From assembly GCA_947479085.1 (NCBI GenBank), contig CANJYB010000007.1:72432-136431 (forward strand): a stretch of 64,000 nt of DNA. The letters run 5' to 3'. Positions 59,139-64,000 of this stretch are shown piece by piece. The stretch comes from Bacteroidota bacterium. Lineage in GTDB: Bacteria > Bacteroidota > Bacteroidia > 2-12-FULL-35-15. The notes under the pieces were generated by a model, which had not been told where the DNA came from, searched no databases, and saw only the letters and a program-made list of their open reading frames with translations. The translations under genes were made by a program, and so were the position numbers. Every line of letters starts with the position of its first letter. The stretch's first letter is position 1.

Positions 59139-59663
59139 TTATTTAATAATTACTAATTTATCTGTTTTTATTTTACCGCCATCTATTTTTATTTCATAAA
59201 AATATACACCAGCATCTAATTGGGTTGCATCTATGGTTTCGTGAGATACGGCACCATTAAAACTATGTGAACTAATTATTTTGCCTGTGATATCAAAAAT
59301 AGTAAGCACGCCATTTTGATGTTCTCCAATACTTTTTTCTAATATAAAATTACCATTATTAGGATTTGGATATAGCTTTACATTATTAGACGAAGCAGTT
59401 GAAATCGAATTGCCATGATGCACCAAACTCTTTCCCATTTCCAAGCAATAGTCATCAAAACTTACTCGCTCGCCTATAATATCGAAATACATCATTCTGG
59501 CTTGCCACACTATGCTTCCGCCTTCGTTTTGGCATTGGCTGGCTATGGAATAGATGGCTGAAGAATCGCCAGCTGTATATTGATAACCTGGGTTATTTTG
59601 CTGTAGCAGGTAATAGTAGTTTACCAACTTTTCGTTGGCTTGAATTTGGTTGCTGGCAGCCAT
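59139..59663 (-). CDS. chimeric gene fragment: C-terminal linker region of the 922 aa beta-helix protein joined to a paralog-B-prime-type T9SS CTD
   Basis: 174 aa. Residues about 1-85 are near-identical to residues about 745-830 of the 922 aa protein (…ASNQIQANEKLVNYYYLLQQNNPGYQYTAGDSSAIYSIASQCQ…WQARMMYFDIIGERVSFDDYCLE…). The CTD matches that of 58102..59121 (…IGEHQNGVLTIFD(I/V)TGK…DAG(V/I)YFYEI(K/N)IDG.KIKTDKLVIIK). Nucleotide identity to 61040..61210 is about 90% or higher. Confidence 0.45.
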   Translation of the reverse strand: MAASNQIQANEKLVNYYYLLQQNNPGYQYTAGDSSAIYSIASQCQNEGGSIVWQARMMYFDIIGERVSFDDYCLEMGKSLVHHGNSISTASSNNVKLYPNPNNGNFILEKSIGEHQNGVLTIFDITGKIISSHSFNGAVSHETIDATQLDAGVYFYEIKIDGGKIKTDKLVIIK

Positions 59664-59666
59664 TTA

Positions 59667-60662
59667 TTATTGTACTACAACCTTTTTATTTAGTATCCCG
59701 TTTTCAGTATTTACTTTTATAAAGTAAATTCCCTTTGCCTCTTTACTTATATCTATAATTATACTAGTGCCAGTAACTTGTTGCATCTTTATTTCTTCCC
59801 CCAGCATATTAAAAACAGCAACACTTTTTATTTTTTCTTTTCTGCTTTTTACTTCAAAAACCCCTTCGCTTGGGTTTGGGTAAACACTTATGTTCATATT
59901 TTCTGTTACTTCATTTACACCGTCATTGGTGCAATCCACAACACTTACATCATCTATGTAATAATATGCGCCATCTGTCATTGTTCCAAACGCGTTCTGC
60001 ATATTAGTAGTTGCTGGAGTATGAAAATTACCTATAGTCATATATTTTTCTCCTCCTGTTGCTATAAAATTTCCGGATACCAACATCCAGTTGGTGGTAT
60101 CATTAAGCATATTGTTTGATGAATTTTCTATTTGAGGAGTATAATTACTTAACGCATAAAACTGCGAAGTGGTTTGAATAACACTATCTACAGAGAAGTA
60201 AGCACCCATATTGCTTATTGCATAAAGCGAAGTGCCTGCTAACGAAACATAAAACTCCACACAATATTTTCTATTGGCTATCAGTGTATCTAATAAAGGC
60301 ACTTCTATGTATTCTCTAACATTATTAGTATCTATGCTACCACAGATTCCGGAATACCCATTGCCAGTTTTTGCATTTTGATACCCTTCAATATTTAAAG
60401 GAACTCCTACCCACGCGGCACTAGCACAAGTATTATATAGGTCGGAGCTGGAATTATTAATTCCATTAAAAAAATTGGGCTGAAACCAAGGCGGTGCTAA
60501 ATAAATTTGAATTGGGTAAGTTGGACAAGTAGTAAAATTTTCAAACGAATTATTTGGGACTATATTTTGAGACTGAGAGTATGTAATAAGAAATAAGAAA
60601 TAAGTAACAAACAAGGCTTTTTTCATGCTAATTGGATTTAAATAAAAGAAACCCTTTTGCAA
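59667..60662 (-). CDS. T9SS-secreted hypothetical protein, paralog B (T9SS type-A CTD)
   Basis: 331 aa (likely start MKKALFVTYF at about 60626). CTD …ISVYPNPSEGVFEV…GIYFIKVNTENGILNKKVVVQ. Confidence 0.75.
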   Translation of the reverse strand: MQKGFFYLNPISMKKALFVTYFLFLITYSQSQNIVPNNSFENFTTCPTYPIQIYLAPPWFQPNFFNGINNSSSDLYNTCASAAWVGVPLNIEGYQNAKTGNGYSGICGSIDTNNVREYIEVPLLDTLIANRKYCVEFYVSLAGTSLYAISNMGAYFSVDSVIQTTSQFYALSNYTPQIENSSNNMLNDTTNWMLVSGNFIATGGEKYMTIGNFHTPATTNMQNAFGTMTDGAYYYIDDVSVVDCTNDGVNEVTENMNISVYPNPSEGVFEVKSRKEKIKSVAVFNMLGEEIKMQQVTGTSIIIDISKEAKGIYFIKVNTENGILNKKVVVQ

Positions 60663-60686
60663 AAAAGCAAAAGGGTTTCTTTTATT
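60644..60686. terminator. terminator hairpin
   Basis: AAAAGAAACCCTTTTGCaaaaaaGCAAAAGGGTTTCTTTTATT. Confidence 0.7.
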
Positions 60687-60687
60687 A

Positions 60688-63456
60688 TTATTTAATAATT
60701 ACTAGTTTGTCATTCTTTACTTTTGTGTTATTAATCAACACATCGTATAAATAAATACCTGCTTCCATAGCATCAGCATCTATTGATGCACTGGCATTGC
60801 TGGCATTTAATGTGTAATTTTTAATTAGTTTTCCGGCAATATCATAAATGGCGATACTTCCGGTTTCATTATCTTCTAAATGATACTCTAAAGTAAAATT
60901 ACCATTATTAGGGTTTGGATATAGTCTTACATTATTGCTTTGTTTAGGAGCACTTGTATTGGTATTATGCACCATACTTTTTCCCTCCTCCAAACAATAA
61001 TCATCGAAACTTACCCTCTCACCAATAATGTCAAAATACATCATTCTTGCCTGCCATACCACATTGCCCCCTTGGCTTTGGCATTGGCTGGCTATGGAAT
61101 AGATAGCTGAAGAATCACCAGCTGTATATTGATAACCTGGGTTGTTTTGCTGTAGCAGGTAATAATAGTTTACCAACTTTTCGTTGGCTTGTATTTGGTT
61201 ACTGGCAGTTACACTGTTATTAGTAACATCGGCTGTGGCATAGTCTTTTGCAGCTATGGCATTTCCTACTTCTTTTAGTTGCCCCATGGTGGTATATTTT
61301 GCACTGTCGTAATAGCTCTGCAAGACTCCCGAAGTATCGTCTGCCACTGCACCATTGGTGCTATCAAGTACGCTATATGCCACTGCTTTGTTTTGGTATT
61401 GCAGTTCAGATGTAAATTGTTGGTAGTTAGTGGTATCATTAGCCAACGGTATCAATTCTCTGGCAGCCAGTATATCGCCATTGCCTCCGCCTCCGGCAAC
61501 TATTGCCTGAACCGCTATATTATTACAGTCATAATATGTACCTAATGCAGCTTGCAAACCAGCACCATAAGTGTTAACAGCAACAGGGCTCCAATTTAAA
61601 GTAGGAAATGTAATATATCCACCAGTAGGGGTATTGTCTAAAAACAAAACAGAAGCCGTATTAGCATTGTTAGTTACATTATCCACATACGTTTCCTTGG
61701 TAAACCCGTTACCAGCAGAAGTATTCCACAATAAATCTATTGGGTGGGTAGCATCGCCTTGCTGCCCCAGCACAAAACCACTACGCAACGCCAACCCATG
61801 TTGCCCTTGGCTCATGGTGTTGTTGAGAATAAAATTAAAGCCAACAGCGTTATTACTAAAGGTCATGCTTTCGCCCAGCCCTGTAATGGTATTACATTCA
61901 ATAGAAGACTTTGTACTTGCATTATCCCATATTCCGTGGTACCAAGGAGTAACATTTGCCGGATATGTTCCCGTATGCCCGGTAAGTACTGTGTTATCAG
62001 TAGAGCTTATGGTATTGTTAAGCACCCTTGGTTTAAAACAGTTTTGTATTTCTATTCCGCTACCTGTGGTAGTTCCCGCCACAGTGGAATGAACCACCTC
62101 CAAGTTTAGGTTGTCGTATATGGTTAAACCTAAATAGACATTTGTGGCTACTATACAAGTAAAACATTTAGTAATCGTATTGCCCCTTACCTTGTATTTA
62201 TCAGTTGCCATTCCAACAACGGTTTGAAGCGGATCTGACAAATCAATCCCAAACTTACAATACCCCACACCATTGGCTTGAGAGGTGGTAATGGTATTGC
62301 CATCCACTTTTATATCAGTAGCATCAAGCCCGGTAGTGTTTCTTTTAATATTAATACCGGTGGAATAGTTGGTAATACCATTATTAAAAACTTCGGTAGT
62401 GCTTGCATCGGCAGGCCACACGCTAATACCCAATACTCCTGTGTTAAGTGTAGTTGCTTTTATGCGAAGAGTATTGTTATACACAAACACAGATCTGTAA
62501 AAACGAATGTCAATGGCTTTCCAGGTTTCAGAAAATCCATTGCCTTGGTTTAGCCCAGCACCTCCTATGGTTAAAGTATATGCTGCAGTATTTACGCCTT
62601 GTGCAAATATACCAATTGGACTTGTTAGCCCAATCGCTGCATTCAAGGGTTGATTAAGGAACTGGTTATTATAGACAACCACACTGGAAGCATTAATATT
62701 AATACCTTTATTCATGTTGTCAAAGGTATTCAAAAATCCTGCACTTCCGTCATCGCCTATTTGAACTCCTCCAATGGAATTAATTTTAATACCTATAAGA
62801 GAAACAGTTCCTCCGGAGTTCAAAAGGCCCGATGGCAATAAACCAGCCACAATATCAGCCTTTACGTTTGTAGAACTAAATGTAGCATCTAAGCCAAATG
62901 TGGCATTAAAATAAGAAGCAGGCATTGTTCTGCTTGTAAAGACAGTATTCCTTATGTTGTTTGTTGGCACTATAGAGCCTGTGGTGCTAAGAAACGAGAT
63001 ACTTGTACTGTTTCTGTTAAACACCACATTATCTATATTGTAATTACCTTTACCAAGCGTAACTGCAGTAGTAGCGTCTTCTATCAGCGAATTCCCATTT
63101 ATTATTAACGGAGCTGGCAGCGTACCTTGGTTTATTCCAATCCACATACTGGGACTGCAACTAAAAATGTGAGTACGATTAGTGATTGTTAAACTGGTAG
63201 TTGGTCCGGTTAATAAGGTAATGGATGCGGTGGCGTCCATTTTAATATTACAGTTGTCAAATGTAACGGGAGCGTTAATAGTTATAGGTCCTCCTATAAA
63301 CAAGTCCTGTCCGGTATAGATTCCACCTGCAAATGCGCCAGCTGGCACAAAAGTAAAGGGAGCGATTAAGCACCCTGTTTGCGCTTTCATCTTTCCGCTC
63401 AAGCCAAAAAATATACAGGCGAGCAGAATAATTGTTTTTAAATTTATTTTTTTCAT
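60688..63456 (-). CDS. large right-handed parallel beta-helix (pectin-lyase-fold-like) surface protein with T9SS type-A CTD
   Basis: 922 aa with signal peptide MKKINLKTIILLACIFFGLSG and many degenerate N/T/G-rich beta-helix turns (…NNTISSTDNTVLTGHTG…, …NNGITNYSTGINI…). The C-terminus (…VRLYPNPNNGNFTLEY…GIYLYDVLINNTKVKNDKLVIIK) is a T9SS CTD. Confidence 0.8.
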   Translation of the reverse strand: MKKINLKTIILLACIFFGLSGKMKAQTGCLIAPFTFVPAGAFAGGIYTGQDLFIGGPITINAPVTFDNCNIKMDATASITLLTGPTTSLTITNRTHIFSCSPSMWIGINQGTLPAPLIINGNSLIEDATTAVTLGKGNYNIDNVVFNRNSTSISFLSTTGSIVPTNNIRNTVFTSRTMPASYFNATFGLDATFSSTNVKADIVAGLLPSGLLNSGGTVSLIGIKINSIGGVQIGDDGSAGFLNTFDNMNKGININASSVVVYNNQFLNQPLNAAIGLTSPIGIFAQGVNTAAYTLTIGGAGLNQGNGFSETWKAIDIRFYRSVFVYNNTLRIKATTLNTGVLGISVWPADASTTEVFNNGITNYSTGINIKRNTTGLDATDIKVDGNTITTSQANGVGYCKFGIDLSDPLQTVVGMATDKYKVRGNTITKCFTCIVATNVYLGLTIYDNLNLEVVHSTVAGTTTGSGIEIQNCFKPRVLNNTISSTDNTVLTGHTGTYPANVTPWYHGIWDNASTKSSIECNTITGLGESMTFSNNAVGFNFILNNTMSQGQHGLALRSGFVLGQQGDATHPIDLLWNTSAGNGFTKETYVDNVTNNANTASVLFLDNTPTGGYITFPTLNWSPVAVNTYGAGLQAALGTYYDCNNIAVQAIVAGGGGNGDILAARELIPLANDTTNYQQFTSELQYQNKAVAYSVLDSTNGAVADDTSGVLQSYYDSAKYTTMGQLKEVGNAIAAKDYATADVTNNSVTASNQIQANEKLVNYYYLLQQNNPGYQYTAGDSSAIYSIASQCQSQGGNVVWQARMMYFDIIGERVSFDDYCLEEGKSMVHNTNTSAPKQSNNVRLYPNPNNGNFTLEYHLEDNETGSIAIYDIAGKLIKNYTLNASNASASIDADAMEAGIYLYDVLINNTKVKNDKLVIIK

Positions 63457-64000
63457 TTTTTTTGTATTTAATATATCGCCCCTGGCCCCGAAGGGCAGGG
63501 TAAGATATATTGGTTATTTTAATATATAAGTTTGATTTTCGCCTATTGTCTGCTGTTAAAGCAGGCATAAAGAACTATAGAAAGGCATATATAGCTAACC
63601 ATCTGCTTACTATACTTTTGCAGATGATAAAATGTGGAAAAATTTTGTTTTTTTTAGTAACAGTGGAATAATCAAAATGTTACCTTTGCGTTAGTGAGGT
63701 CTCGAAAATTTCACGACTGTAAAGGGGGTATTTTTTTAAACCATGTGTTTTTAAATTTACCTCCTTTATTTTTTAGTTAGTTTATACTATACCAAACCAG
63801 CATTTTTGTTTGGCTTTTTTGTTCGTTTTTTTTTATTAATTTTTTGCCTCACAAAAAAAATAAAATTATATTTCAAAAGTACAATTAAAAACAAACGAGT
63901 GCATATTAATATATTAACAATTTATTGCACTATAATCAATGCTTTTTGCAGATTTTTTTTTCTCTAAGAGAATCCCTTAGTCCCCAAAACGCTAAAAATT

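Noticed and set aside
63275-63568. 97 aa minus-strand ORF overlapping the 5' end of the 922 aa gene
   Set aside because: It overlaps the signal-peptide region and the promoter region of a well-supported gene. The composition is low-complexity Arg/Lys/Tyr, so it is likely spurious.
63600-64000. Possible ncRNA or promoter at the window end (TACCTTTG at 63681-63688 followed by gtgaggtctcgaaaatttcacgactgtaaaggggg)
   Set aside because: It is only a promoter-motif match with an unrecognised downstream sequence. No conserved RNA family signature (RNase P, SRP, tmRNA or 6S) could be recognised by eye. Left uncalled.

Overview
A 64 kb AT-rich chromosomal segment that looks like a Bacteroidota genome. 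The evidence is several type IX secretion (T9SS) C-terminal sorting domains, a PorP/SprF gene, TAnnTTTG promoter motifs and a GH92 mannosidase. Most of the window is ordinary housekeeping and cell-surface genes: nhaA, etfBA, thyA-folA, a nucleoside permease, pntAB, a cobalamin-riboswitch-controlled btuB/BtuG-like uptake pair, GH92, a LytS/LytTR two-component pair, an ECF sigma factor and many T9SS-secreted surface proteins. The parts worth a second look are: (i) an overlapping two-gene HipA-like kinase / DUF3037-like module with a J-domain/KTSC gene immediately downstream; (ii) three unrelated tandem-repeat arrays (periods 22, 42 and 21 bp), each filling the spacer between convergent genes, one built from hairpin-containing units; (iii) a 33 bp GC-rich palindrome present twice, and a MITE-like nested palindrome; (iv) a recently duplicated and recombined array of T9SS cargo genes, including a chimeric fragment and a frameshifted paralog; (v) two divergent SET-domain paralogs 2 kb apart; (vi) a partial aryl-polyene/flexirubin-type KS-ACP-KS-KS-deacetylase-LolA cluster. 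There are no CRISPR arrays, rRNA or convincing tRNA genes. All calls are from reading the sequence and the ORF translations; no searches were run.
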